DNA from: Carpediemonas membranifera BICM
Lineage: Eukaryota; Protista; Fornicata
Length of the DNA stretch: 64,000 nucleotides
Direction: 5' to 3'
NCBI GenBank assembly: GCA_019828565.1
Contig: JAHDYR010000069.1
Span: 663,794 to 727,793, forward strand
The position numbers and the translations under genes were made by a program. Numbering within the stretch: the stretch's first letter is position 1; each line of letters opens with the position of its first letter. The notes below the pieces were generated by a model. It was not told the DNA's origin, ran no database searches, and was given only the letters and a program-made list of their open reading frames with translations. Shown here piece after piece: positions 1 through 10,583 of this stretch.

Positions 1-1160
1 CGCGCGTGTGAGCAGGTCGCGGAGAATGCGTAGAAAGGAGTCATCGTCACGGGCGTAGATGAATATGTCGTCGATGTAGGGGTTGGCGCCCTTGTACAAC
101 AGTGGGGCGAGCATGCCTTCGATCTCCCGCTGGAAGTGAGAAGGCGCGTTGCAAAGGCCGAACGGCATCCTGAGGAATTCCTCGTAGACGCCCGGGGCGG
201 TGAAGGCCGTCTTAGGCACGTCGTCTGGGTGCATGGCCACCTGCCAGTAGCCCGACGTCAGGTCTAGCGTCGCAAAGCGTGTGCAGCCCGACGCGAGGTT
301 GAGGAGTTCTCGCATGTTGGGGATCGGGTGCCGGTCGGGTACTGTCCAAGAGTTGAGGCGGCCGTAGTCGATACAGAGACGGTAGGCGTCGCCCTTTGCG
401 ACCAGGACGATGGGGCTTGCGTAAGGCCCCTCAGAGGGCTGTGTGATCTCGTCCTGGCGCAGGCGCTCGACGTATGGCAACAGCCACTCCAGCTTCTTCG
501 GGTGTAGGTTGCGCGGGCGAAGACGGATCGGAGGGGCGTTGTCGTAAAGCGGGATGCGCATAGGGGCAAACGAGCACGGCTGTTTGCTTATGACGGGGTC
601 GAATAGGTGATCGAACCGACGGAGGATCGAATGTAGCTCGTCGGTCTGGGCCTTGGTGGAGAGCTCGTGTATCTCACACGCGTCGGTGTGAAACTCGCTT
701 GAGGAGACGGCCTCGACGGGGGCGTCGAGGTACTTGTGGAGTGGGAGGCCATCGGTGGCGTCCTCCGGGCGTGAATCCGGAAGAAGTGGGATGTGGAGGC
801 CACTCTCGGAGAGATAACCGAGCGCGCGAAGCACGTCGCATCCAATGAGCACACGTTCAGTGGCGCGCGTCATGATGTAGAGGATGAGATCGACGATGAC
901 GTTTCCAGATGTGCTGGGCAACGTGATCCGCGCTTGGACGTAGTGAGTGATGAGGATGGGCTCATTGGTAACGGACTGAACAGTAAATGGCTTTTCAAGC
1001 TCATGTGTGACGAGTTGGAGCGTCTTAACGGAGGTTGTGGAGATGATCGTGATTGCGGAGCCGCTATCGATCAATATCACCTGTTCTTGGTCATTCACAG
1101 CTCCCTTAACTGAGAATGCAGTTGAAGCGGCAACTTCTTCGATAAAGGCATCATCACAAG
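1..1160 (-). CDS. pol: Gypsy Pol, partial (aspartic protease + reverse transcriptase)
   Basis: Manual translation gives VILIDSGSAI (protease), ASPIVLV, RLCIDYGRLN, FATLDLTSGYWQV, RMPFGLCNAP and PYIDDIFIY. Absent from the ORF track because no stop lies in the window. Confidence 0.9.
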
Positions 1161-2284
1161 CATTGTGTGCGACTTCGACTTCGTGGACTCCTGGACGAGA
1201 GTTGATCAGCTTGGATCTGTCCCGGAGCACCATGTTCCCAGCGCGTCTCTCGTCGGGGGCGAGGCTGTGGCTGCTGGGATGACTGTTGCTGCTGCTTCTG
1301 AGCAGCTGGTGCCGGCTGTGGCTGAGCCGGTTTGTTGGCCGCTTGGGGCTGGCGTTGCGGCTGAGGTGCCGGTCTGGCGTCGCGGGCCGCGGCGGGGTGG
1401 CCTTTGGTAGCCTGGGGCTGTCCGGGCGTGCTGCCGCGGTGCGGGCAATCAGCCTTCCAGTGCATGCCTCCACAGGAGCACGCGTATGGAGGAGGGCGCC
1501 GGCGCTCGCGGCGGGATCTGGTGTTGGCGTTCTGGCTATGTTTCGGGCCAGTGCTGGAGCTCGTGATGGAGCTCGTGCTGGAGGATGTGATGGATATGTC
1601 TTGAATCACGCTTCCGAGGACTTCACGGGCGTCAATGGCGTGCAGTATGAGCTCGCGCGTGTGCACAAATAAGCTATCGATGTCCCGGGCGCCAGAGAGG
1701 TCCCACTTTTGCTGAATACGGTTGGCAAGTGAGACCGGGCGAAGGGCGGCGATAAAAGCTTTGGCGATGATCTTATCGAGTCCGCGGGTGGGGCTGGCTT
1801 TTCTCGGGGTGTCCTGCTCACTCGGCGTGCTGTCTGGCTTCTGGGTGATGACCTTGCTGAGGGCGGCCTCGTCTTCATCCACCTCGGCGGGCTCGGGCTC
1901 TGGCTTGGCGCCGAGCTCGGCGTTGAGAAGGGCATGGGCGTGGGAGCGCAGCTCCTCGGTCTCAGCCATGAGACGAGATACGGCCTCGATCGTGGACTTG
2001 GTTCGGTCCTGCGTGAGGGCCCGGATTTCTTGGATGGTTTTCTCAAGGGTTCTCGGGAAAGAAAGAGCGGTGATTTCGGCGAGAAGTTCTGCGTCGTTGA
2101 GTGCTTCGACGTCGACGTTGCGGACAAATCGGACATGACTGACTTGATCCTCGGTGAGGCACTCGTAAGCCGTTATGACGGTTGTGGTAGGAGCATGCTT
2201 CTGCGCGAACGTGAGGGCGCGTTTGAACGCGCGAACGGACTCTCTAGAGAAGTCCGATAGTGATGGCGGAATCCAATTATTCAT
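1154..2284 (-). CDS. gag: Gypsy Gag with zinc knuckle
   Basis: 376-aa ORF upstream of pol; CSCGGMHWKADC knuckle; pol continues in the +1 frame. Confidence 0.8.
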   Translation of the reverse strand: MNNWIPPSLSDFSRESVRAFKRALTFAQKHAPTTTVITAYECLTEDQVSHVRFVRNVDVEALNDAELLAEITALSFPRTLEKTIQEIRALTQDRTKSTIEAVSRLMAETEELRSHAHALLNAELGAKPEPEPAEVDEDEAALSKVITQKPDSTPSEQDTPRKASPTRGLDKIIAKAFIAALRPVSLANRIQQKWDLSGARDIDSLFVHTRELILHAIDAREVLGSVIQDISITSSSTSSITSSSTGPKHSQNANTRSRRERRRPPPYACSCGGMHWKADCPHRGSTPGQPQATKGHPAAARDARPAPQPQRQPQAANKPAQPQPAPAAQKQQQQSSQQPQPRPRRETRWEHGAPGQIQADQLSSRSPRSRSRTQCL

Positions 2285-2361
2285 TTCGGAAAGTGATCAC
2301 TGTGCCGGGGCGAAGAGATTGGAACATTTACATAAACTGCGGACGTGGATGCCTTATGACA

Positions 2362-2900
2362 GCCGTCGGGGGTCTCGATGATGTCCCTGCGTGATAGGGC
2401 CAGGACCTCACCAGGGCGCGACACGGAGGCATAACACGTCAGCGCGAATGTCATTAGCTGCCGCCACTGGTGGCACATGAGGTCCTCGGGTGTCCGGGTG
2501 AGGACTGCATTGATCCACTTGAGCCTGACAGGTGCCGCGGGGCCGTGTGCTGCTGTCGTCGAGGCCGTAGCTGCTTCTGCTACGATTGGCCAGAAGTCCT
2601 CGGCGAGGGCGTAGGTGTCTGGAAGCACGCGGTGGGCAAACCTGACTATCACCCCGGCCTTGGCCATGATGCGGTCCTTTCCAGCGGTGTGGGCCTGTTC
2701 GTCAGCCCAGCGCTTGGCTGCCTCGACCGGGGGGAGTGTGGACGCGTAGGCCAGGAAGCCCGCAAGGGTCCTCGCGTAGTCTTGCCGTGTGGCCCGAGCG
2801 AGGCCACCGAACATCGCATGCTCGCTTAGGCCTGTGACAAACGCGTCGGAAGGCACAGGGCGACTAGTCTGTGCTTTCCATTGGCGCCTGGCAGCTCTGA
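2362..2900 (-). pseudogene. Tyrosine recombinase, N-terminal part (interrupted)
   Basis: SRPGE box-I Arg, homologous to SRAGE/SRSGE of copies 2-4; the HxxR and Tyr boxes are cut off by the Gypsy insertion. Confidence 0.75.
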
Positions 2901-4720
2901 CCCTGGCTGTGCTGGGATTGAGAAGTACATCTTCTCGGGCGCCAGCCTTTTTAAGGCGAGTATAGGAGCGGACCTGATGTCCGGCAAGACCAGAAACGTT
3001 ACGGAGCGTAGTTGTCGAGGGTCTCGGTCTCCTAGAGGCTCTATGATACGGTAGAGCTTGGCTAGCACCTTTGGGACCATGGCCCAGGGGGGCGCAAGGA
3101 AGACTCTCCGACCGCACCAGTTCTGGTTCAGACCGTCTCCGGAGAACGGCACGGAGCGGCTGGTGTACGACGGGAGGAGCAGCTCCTTCGTGGGGTGACC
3201 AGTCAAGTCGACCTCGGCCGGCCCCCACGAGTCTAACATGCGGCGGAGCACGCCCGCCGGGGTTTGCCAGTCCGTCTTGGTGAACCTTGACAGCGAGTCG
3301 GCGGCTATATTCAGGTGGCCTGCGGTGTGTCGAGCCCTCAAGCTGACGCCTCTCTCCGATAGGAGCGTGAAGAAGGACAGCGACTCGGAGACCACCTCTG
3401 GTGGCGCGCGAGTGGAGGCCTGCTTGTTGAGCCAACCAACTGCCGCCGTCGAGTCGGAGAACACCGTTATCTCCCCTGCCCTGCAGGTCTAAGCCCGAGG
3501 ACTCGAGCAGACGGCGCACAGCGGTCACCGAGGCCAGGAACTCCTTGGCGGTGATATGCAAGTGTGCTAGTGAGGGTGGCACGGGAAGGGAAAGCTGTAT
3601 ATCGGGGGCACCCGGCTGCCGGATGACAGCTCCCATCCCCTCGTCCGACGCGTCTGATATAACGGTGACATCTATCGCCGGATGCATGCCCCACAGGGTC
3701 ATAAGGCTGTCGAACGACCGATGAGGCACGTTCCTCATTCGTCTGGCCCACTCTTGCAGAGCTCGTTCTGCTTGGGGAGTGTTGGGGGCTGCGGAGACCT
3801 GAAGGGGTCGAAGCCATGCCCTGCCGTCCTGCCATGCGATAGACGCGAACGAGAGCTTGCCTAGGAGGGACTGCCACTCCCGCCCTGATGGTGGCACGAG
3901 TAGAGCTTCGTCCAGTTTCGCCGCGTACTTGGTGGCTTTCGCCTGCGTGATAGTGATGCGTCTCGCGGCCAGGTCGACCCTGAAGCCTAGGTACTCTATC
4001 ACCCCTGCCAGGAGTCAGCATTGACTTGGCCAGGTTGAGGATGAGGCCTAGCTGCTGCATGCACTTGACGATACCGGGGACTACACGCTTGAGGTGGCTC
4101 TGCGGTGCTAGGACGGCCCAGTCGTCCAGATATACAGCTACCTTCACCCCGAAGCGGTGGGATATGATGGACGCGGCGGATATCATGACGCGCTGAAACA
4201 CATAAGGCGCTGCTGTCCAGCCGAAGGGAAGCACCTGGAACTGGTAGAACTGGCCGGCGTAGGCAAAGCCGAGAAGCGTTCTGTCCGATGGCTTCACGCC
4301 GAGTTGGTAGTAGCCTGAGCGTAGGTCTAGCTTCACTGCGCTGTCGTCCGGGGCTGCGATCTCCAAGAGGCGCTTGAGGCCGAAAAGGCGGAACACCCGC
4401 CGTTCCTTCGTGACGTCGTTCAACGTTCTGAGATCGTGTATCAGTCGCGGGGAGCCGTCGGACTTTGGAGTAGTGAATATGGGGAGACTAGACGAGGCCT
4501 GCGACTGCAGATGCGCACGACTTGGGACTTGACGAGCTCCTGCATGAGTGGTCGGAGGCACTCGGAGGCCGCGGGCGATAGGGGTCGGGGCTTGGGCTGA
4601 CGTGGCGACCCGGTGATCTCGATCGGGACGCCTGCCTCGATCCACGAGACCACGTCTGAGGGCGCTCCCGAGGCGGACCAGAGCTGATGACGGGCTATCG
4701 TGGGAAATGTGAGGAGTCTC
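2826..4720 (-). pseudogene. RT-RNase H-MT polyprotein of copy 1, split over several frames
   Basis: Motifs are distributed over ORFs 4441-5376 (end), 3467-5122, 2281-4002 and 2826-3464. Confidence 0.8.
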
Positions 4721-5376
4721 GGAGGAGGAGAGAGACGTTGAGGAGGGATGTGCGAGTGTGAGAGGTGGTGAGAGAGATCTTGAAGATGGCTTGTTACTGG
4801 CGGCTTCTTTTTCGGTCCGGGCTTGCCCGCCTTGAAGGCGGAGCGCTCTTGCTGAGCCTGGGCCAGACGGGGAAATTTTGCCAGCGTGTGAAGAATGCGC
4901 TGCTCGAGCTCCAGTTGGCGCGTGGCAACATCGGCGTGTTGGGCGTCTCTCGGCGGGGTGGCGATGAAAGCCTTTGAAGCGATGCTCACAGCTGCGGCTG
5001 CCTGGTAGCCGTAACGGTCCTTGATGTCGAGAGATCGGTGGCGTGCGTAGAGCTCGAGCAAGATGACGTCGATGTCGATCGGCTCCTCGTAGCGCATCAT
5101 ACGGTATATGCGCTCGATCCAATCAGCTTCCTCGCGCATTGAGGAGGACTGAGGCTTGGACCAGCCCTCGTTGCGGGTGTTCCTCTGCAGCTCCTGCACA
5201 CGAGCGTTCATGAGGAGTAGTTCCTTGCGTAGGACCTTAAGTTCATCTTCTTCGACTGGTTGGACGTTCCCCTGCTCGTCAGGGGCTCTGACTTCTTCTG
5301 CTTCTCCTTCCATCTCTCCTTCTGCCTGATTCGATCTCCTCCCGCCAAACGAATCATCAATCAAATCGCCTATCAA
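4720..5376 (-). CDS. ORF1/Gag-like protein of copy 1 (approximate bounds)
   Basis: Position upstream of RT; coiled-coil then helical region resembling ORF1 of copies 2-4. Confidence 0.6.
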
Positions 5377-5490
5377 ATCTCATAAAGATTCACCTCGGAT
5401 CTCCCGGATCTCGGAGGCTTGCCCAGGACGCCGCATTTGGCGTGTCTCCGCCCCGTCGCGGAATTGTCACGTCGCCGTTGGTCTCGGCAA

Positions 5491-5823
5491 CGACTGTTAG
5501 TCGACAACAGTCGAAGTCTCCAATTGATCTAATCAAATTTATACTCCTGGATCAGGCTGAGCGTCTTGCTCGTCGTCAGCCATTTCCAGGGATGTGCCGA
5601 ACAGGGGAGGTTTTCCCCCTTGGTTAAATTGGCTTAAACGTCCCAGGTCACCAGCCGAATATTTTCCACGAATCTAGAAGATTCTCCCGAATCTTTTGGG
5701 TTTGGGTCCAGGTGATCGGCACCCCACTCGGACCCTTGTGGACCGCGCCCCAAGGCGCACTGTGTCTACGTCTACGACGGTACGCCGACTGTTAGTCGAC
5801 AACAGTCGAAGTCTCCAATTGAT
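5491..5823 (-). repeat. Split direct repeat block B1-A2-spacer-B2 of copy 2
   Basis: cgactgttagtcgacaacagtcgaagtctccaattgat at 5491 and 5786; 5561-5785 matches 9810-10034. Confidence 0.93.
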
Positions 5824-6053
5824 GTATCCCGCCATCAAATAAATATAATTGAGACACCCCTTACCGAGTTCTATAGACCCTATATGGTCGTCCGCCCCTC
5901 CTCTTCTGACGTTAGTTTTTTCACCATGACCTTGACTTTGCAACTGGGCATAATGGTTCTTTGGTCTCTGTCTTCGCTTCTGTTCTTATTTTTAACACTC
6001 ATTTGTACACATTGTGCTCTTCTTATCTTCTATATCTTCTATCTACAGTTAGC

Positions 6054-7220
6054 TCAGCTCCATGCGCTTCTGGACAGTCGTATTGCTTCACTGATGTACG
6101 TTTGTACTGAGTCTTGCGCCCGCCATCCCCCCAAGGCTTGCACCACTTCCATTGGAGTTCCAGATTCAACCAGATGTACTGCGGCGCCGCGGCGGAAGGA
6201 ATGTCCGGTGGCCTTGAATACTTCCTCGAGGTCCATCATCATTTCGAATCGCGCCCACGGCTCCTGCGCCCCCTTCAACGCGGACCGGCTCTCTCGTAGT
6301 GTTGCCTGGCTATGGGTGTACGAACGCCACAAGGGGCCTTCATCTGGTAGGTTACTCATGTGCATGGCGAGCCACCAGGCTGGTGACCGCAGCTGGTCGT
6401 CGGCTGAGGGAACCAACTTCAGCGTCGCTTCATCCCTTGTCTTTGTGTGTCGTATCGTAATCTCCAGCGCGCCGTCTGCTCCGCCGTGCCTCACATCCTC
6501 TGTCTTGAGTGCCCGGATCTCGCCTGCTCGCGACACTGTCGCAAACGTCACCAGGCCAAAGGCAATTGCCTGAGTGAGGGGCGGGGTCGCGTGTGCCCCG
6601 GCTGACCTAGCCGCAGCCTCCAGCGTCTCACGCCTGATTGGCCAAGCCTTCCCAGTCTTACGTCCGGGCGTTAGCTCGCATCGGCCTGCTAGCCTCGCAC
6701 CTGCCCTGGTCAGGGCCCGATGCAACCTTGTCGTCTCAGCGCTCTCGCCCAGTGCCTCCAGTCCCATTCTGATGTTCGCCTCCTTCGTGATGAATGTGTC
6801 TCTGGCGACGAAGGGGATTTCGGAAAATAGATACAACATCAGTGTGTCTGCCGGCTCAATGGCGTCAAGGAGCTCGGCGAACTCGTGCAACCACTCGCGG
6901 TCTGTGAGTTCCTGCCTTGCTCGGTCCAGCGTCGCCTGTGCCGTGTCCCTGGCCGTCGGGGCAGGGTCGTCCTGAGGTAAGTCACAGTCAGAGTCACAGT
7001 CGGGGTCATGCCGGACTGATGATCGGAAAAACGTGAATTTGGCTGTCTCTGCGGCGATGCGCTGCCTGGTAGATACTTCCTTGTCCATGAGGAGGGGGTT
7101 ATTCGTGAGCTGGGCCTCTATTTGACTACTCTTGACTCTTGGCTCGCGTGTCCATTGACACGAGAGGTGGCCTCTCTCTGGGGTCTGACCTGCGGCTCGC
7201 ATGGCCCTGTGTCTTGCCAT
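6054..7220 (-). CDS. Tyrosine recombinase (copy 2)
   Basis: SRAGE(R), HTKT(K), GHSFRRG (HxxR), LGGW and VQTY(Y): complete catalytic set; C-terminal part of ORF 6054-9227. Confidence 0.92.
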   Translation of the reverse strand: MARHRAMRAAGQTPERGHLSCQWTREPRVKSSQIEAQLTNNPLLMDKEVSTRQRIAAETAKFTFFRSSVRHDPDCDSDCDLPQDDPAPTARDTAQATLDRARQELTDREWLHEFAELLDAIEPADTLMLYLFSEIPFVARDTFITKEANIRMGLEALGESAETTRLHRALTRAGARLAGRCELTPGRKTGKAWPIRRETLEAAARSAGAHATPPLTQAIAFGLVTFATVSRAGEIRALKTEDVRHGGADGALEITIRHTKTRDEATLKLVPSADDQLRSPAWWLAMHMSNLPDEGPLWRSYTHSQATLRESRSALKGAQEPWARFEMMMDLEEVFKATGHSFRRGAAVHLVESGTPMEVVQALGGWRAQDSVQTYISEAIRLSRSAWS

Positions 7221-9227
7221 CACCCATGGGGCGGACAAAGCTGTGCCAATGTCGACCTCACCGGCACCCAGTAAGCCACGAAAGGGATACGATCCTTCCC
7301 GGCGAACAAGTTCTCTATCTCTGTGCCGGTCCACCAGTGTGCCGGCAGCGTGACTTCGATTTTGTCCTGGGACATCCGGTTCAGGTCCAGGTCCACGTTG
7401 GTGCCTCTCTGCGGTGCGATTACTACCACTCCCCTGGGCTGCTGGGCTGGGGTGACCTCTGACTGTTGCCATATCTCTCTCAATCTGGCGGTCACGCGGG
7501 GTAAGAGCGCAACTGGTGGGACTGCGATTGACCTGCACTCGGTCCAGTCCGCCGTGAAGGCGTCTTCTACATAGCCCAAGTCCTCTGGCAGGAAAGTTCG
7601 TGTTGCGAACAGCGATCTGTCGGTTGTGCCCCACTGCTCTGCTGCCCTCGCCGCTAGTGATGCCGGCATCGCCCAGTCGAGCTTCTTGAATCTCGAGAGG
7701 TCGTCCGCTGTGGTGTTGAGCAGACCCGGGACGTGCTTTGTTCGCACCCTCGCCCCGATCGCGTGTAAGAAGTCGTGGAGCTCCTTCACCTCTCGTCGCA
7801 TGTGGGCCGGTGCCTTTGTACTGCTCTTCCCGATCCAGGCCAGTGCTGACGTGTTGTCGCCGACTAATAAGACGTCCCTGCCGGCTATCCTCCGCTCCCA
7901 GCGGCGCAGCGCTATGTCCATGGCCTTCGCCTCCTTGCAGTTGATTGATTTGCCTACGAATGTCTGGTCGAACGTGTCCTGAAACGAGTCGGTCCCGAAC
8001 TCTGTCCAGATGGCGCCACCGTAAGCATGGTCGCTCGCGTCCGTCTCGATCCGAATCTCTCTCCCGTTCGTGAGAAAGCACCAGTGCGGGTCTCTCCTCA
8101 GTGTTCTCGCCCACCACCGCAGGTCTGTCCTCGCTTCCTGTGGGATGTCCTTCTTCGTGCCCCGTAACTTTCCTGCGAGTGAGGCCGCCGCACATTGAAG
8201 CTCGCGTAGCCTGGGCAGGGCCCGAGCTCCCACGGCGAACCGTGCGAACAGCAGCTTCCCGATGAGGGCTTGGAGGTCCTTGACTAGGAACCGTCTCTCC
8301 TTCTGCAGTCTGTCGATCAAGCTGATCATGTCTGTGGCCTTTCTCTCTGTCAGGTACATGCATCCCTCTGCTGAGTTGATCACCACCCCGAGGTACTCGA
8401 GCTCCTGCGTTGGCACAGCAACAGACTTCTCCTGCGAGATTACCATGCCGAGTCTTCTCATCAGCGCGAGTATGCCTGGCATCTTCTCCGCGAGTGATGC
8501 GCGTGAGTGGTCTGCGAACAGCAGGTCGTCTAGGTATACGAACACCTGCACGCCAAACTCTCTTCGAATAATCTTTGCCGCCTGGGCGGTGACCCTCTGG
8601 AATGCCTCTGGTGCTGTGTTGAGGCCGAAGGGCAGGGCTCTCCACCGATATGTTGTTCCTTCGTGGGTAATCCCCAGGTACTCCTTGGCCTCCTCCGCCA
8701 TGAGCACCTGGTAGTAGCCGGACTTCAGGTCGACGCTCGTCAACCATGCCCCCTGTGCCAGATTGGCCGCCACCTCCATCAACCCCTTCAACCGAAACTT
8801 GCGGACCTGTTGGAAAAAAGTTGACCGGCCGGAGGTCGTGTATGAGTCTCCAATCCGATGGTTTCTTCGGAATCAGGAAGACCGGGGATATGTTGCTCGC
8901 CGTTGCTACCTCTAAAGCTTGAATGTTCACTAGCTCCTTCAGCATCTCGCTTATTGGGCCTTCCCTCCCGTTCGCTCTCGGGGCGTTGGGCGTTGCCGGG
9001 GCTACCTTCACCCCGTCTCTCAGTGTGCTCACGACCTCCTTGCTGGCCCCCAAGGCCTCCCACTCCCTCCAGGCGCGGCTCATCGAGCCCACCACCTGTG
9101 CCCGGGACACCGGGCAAGAGTCGGGCGGAGCGTCGTACGACTTGCGTGACTGCGCAGCTTTGATCGGTTGCTTGTCTGTTGATGTCTCTTGCTCTTGTAC
9201 TTGCTTTCTTGCTTCTTCTCGTCTCAT
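7220..9227 (-). CDS. RT-RNase H-MT polyprotein (copy 2), one +1 frameshift near 8815
   Basis: WRLIHDLRPVN | VDLKSGYYQV, ALPFGL, VYLDD, ETDASD, INCKE, GDNT, ADDLSR; MT-like RSLFA..DAFTADW..AVPP. Removing one T from the run at 8814-8819 restores NFFQQVRKFRLK, matching copy 3. Confidence 0.9.
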
Positions 9228-9832
9228 AGTGCTCGTAAACGTAGATAGTGCCTTTTATTGTCTTCGAGGTGGGCATAACCTCTTCTTGGCCGCTTATTGC
9301 TGCCCCGGGGCCGCATTGCGGTTGCCCGAGGCGTTCGAAGCTGTGAAGTGGCGCTGTGGGGAGCGCTGGAAGTACATGTTGCGCGAGAAAGGCTTACGGA
9401 TCTGCTGGCGATGGCGGAAGCTCTGGGCGGAGGGGCTTTCTTCGCTTTCGCGGCTAGCTTGATGAATTCTCGCGGGTTGTTCTCGGTTGCAGCTGTAACT
9501 TGGAAGTAGCGTGCGGCGTCCTCCCCGGCGTCGTCGAGGACACGGAGGAACTCAAGGCGGCGCTCGATAATGATGTTCACTTTGGTTGCTATGGTCTCAA
9601 TAGACGTGGTTGCGGGGTCAGCAAGAACGGTCTTGATCTCGGCGTGAATAGCACGCAGGTGCGAGAATTCCTTTGTGACGGCCGGGATCTTAGAAGGCTT
9701 TCGAGTGTCCTCGGCATTGGTCCGAACGTCCTCAACAGACTCAACAAGGCTTGCAATTGTCTCAGCCTGAGTCTTGACGAGCTCCTCGAGTTGGAGGAGC
9801 TTACTGGCTGCGTCTTGCTCGTCGTCAGCCAT
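9224..9832 (-). CDS. ORF1/Gag-like protein (copy 2)
   Basis: Homologous to 13730-14269 (ERRLEFLR...AARYF); its ATG lies inside repeat A. Confidence 0.8.
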   Translation of the reverse strand: MADDEQDAASKLLQLEELVKTQAETIASLVESVEDVRTNAEDTRKPSKIPAVTKEFSHLRAIHAEIKTVLADPATTSIETIATKVNIIIERRLEFLRVLDDAGEDAARYFQVTAATENNPREFIKLAAKAKKAPPPRASAIASRSVSLSRATCTSSAPHSATSQLRTPRATAMRPRGSNKRPRRGYAHLEDNKRHYLRLRAL

Positions 9833-10583
9833 TTCCAGGGATGTGCCGAACAGGGGAGGTTTTCCCCCTTGGTTAAATTGGCTTAAACGTCCCAGGTCAC
9901 CAGCCGAATATTTTCCACGAATCTAGAAGATTCTCCCGAATCTTTTGGGTTTGGGTCCAGGTGATCGGCACCCCACTCGGACCCTTGTGGACCGCGCCCC
10001 AAGGCGCACTGTGTCTACGTCTACGACGGTACGCCGACCATTTGGTCGACGATAATCGACTATTCCAAATTGATCTAATCAAATTTATATTCCGTTTGGC
10101 GGCCTTGGCCCGTCATCCGTGTCGCCTTCGGCCATCCTCACGGTTTCTGCTGGAGGGATACGATCTGCTCGCGATCGGGACGGATCAAGACCGTATCCAC
10201 AATCATATCTTTCGAGATTTTCTAAATATTTTGGCCATCTTTCTCGTGTCCCCGGAATCCTGTTCTGACACACCCTGACCCAGCAGTGTCAGGGCGTGAG
10301 CCACGCCCGAGGCGTGATAGCTTACATATCGATGATATGCCGACCATTTGGTCGACGATAATCGACTATTCCAAATTGATGCATCCCGCCATCTAACCTT
10401 GCGATGGTACCCCTGAGCCTTCCTCTACTGCACTTATGACCTTCTGTGCCGGTTATACGTGGCATATGTAATTCCTGTTCCGAATCCGAGAAACATCCAT
10501 TTCTCTAACTCTTGCCTGATTCTTTTCCCCTCGTTCCGTTTCATCTCCCTTTATCGCTACAATGCTCTCTTATGTCCTATATT

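Larger units (their letters stand above)
1..2361 (-). mobile_element. Ty3/Gypsy LTR retrotransposon A (5' part; runs off the window start)
   Basis: gag-PR-RT order on the minus strand. It begins TGTCA at 2361, exactly where the YR similarity of the flanking element stops (..DIIETPDG|). Confidence 0.85.
2362..5490 (-). mobile_element. PAT-like (DIRS order) YR retrotransposon, copy 1 (family I), frameshifted and cut by Gypsy A
   Basis: ORF1, then RT (RLIHDLR, KLDLRSGYYQL, VLPFGW, VYLDDW), RNase H (ISDASDEG, ITAKE, NIAADSLSR), MT-like (VFLAPPW) and YR start (YASVSRPGEVLAL). Confidence 0.85.
5491..10034 (-). mobile_element. PAT-like YR retrotransposon, copy 2 (family II), structurally complete A1-ORFs-B1-A2-B2
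   Basis: A repeats 9810-10034 and 5561-5785 (225 bp); B repeats 5786-5823 and 5491-5528 (38 bp); gag, RT-RH-MT and YR in between. Confidence 0.93.
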
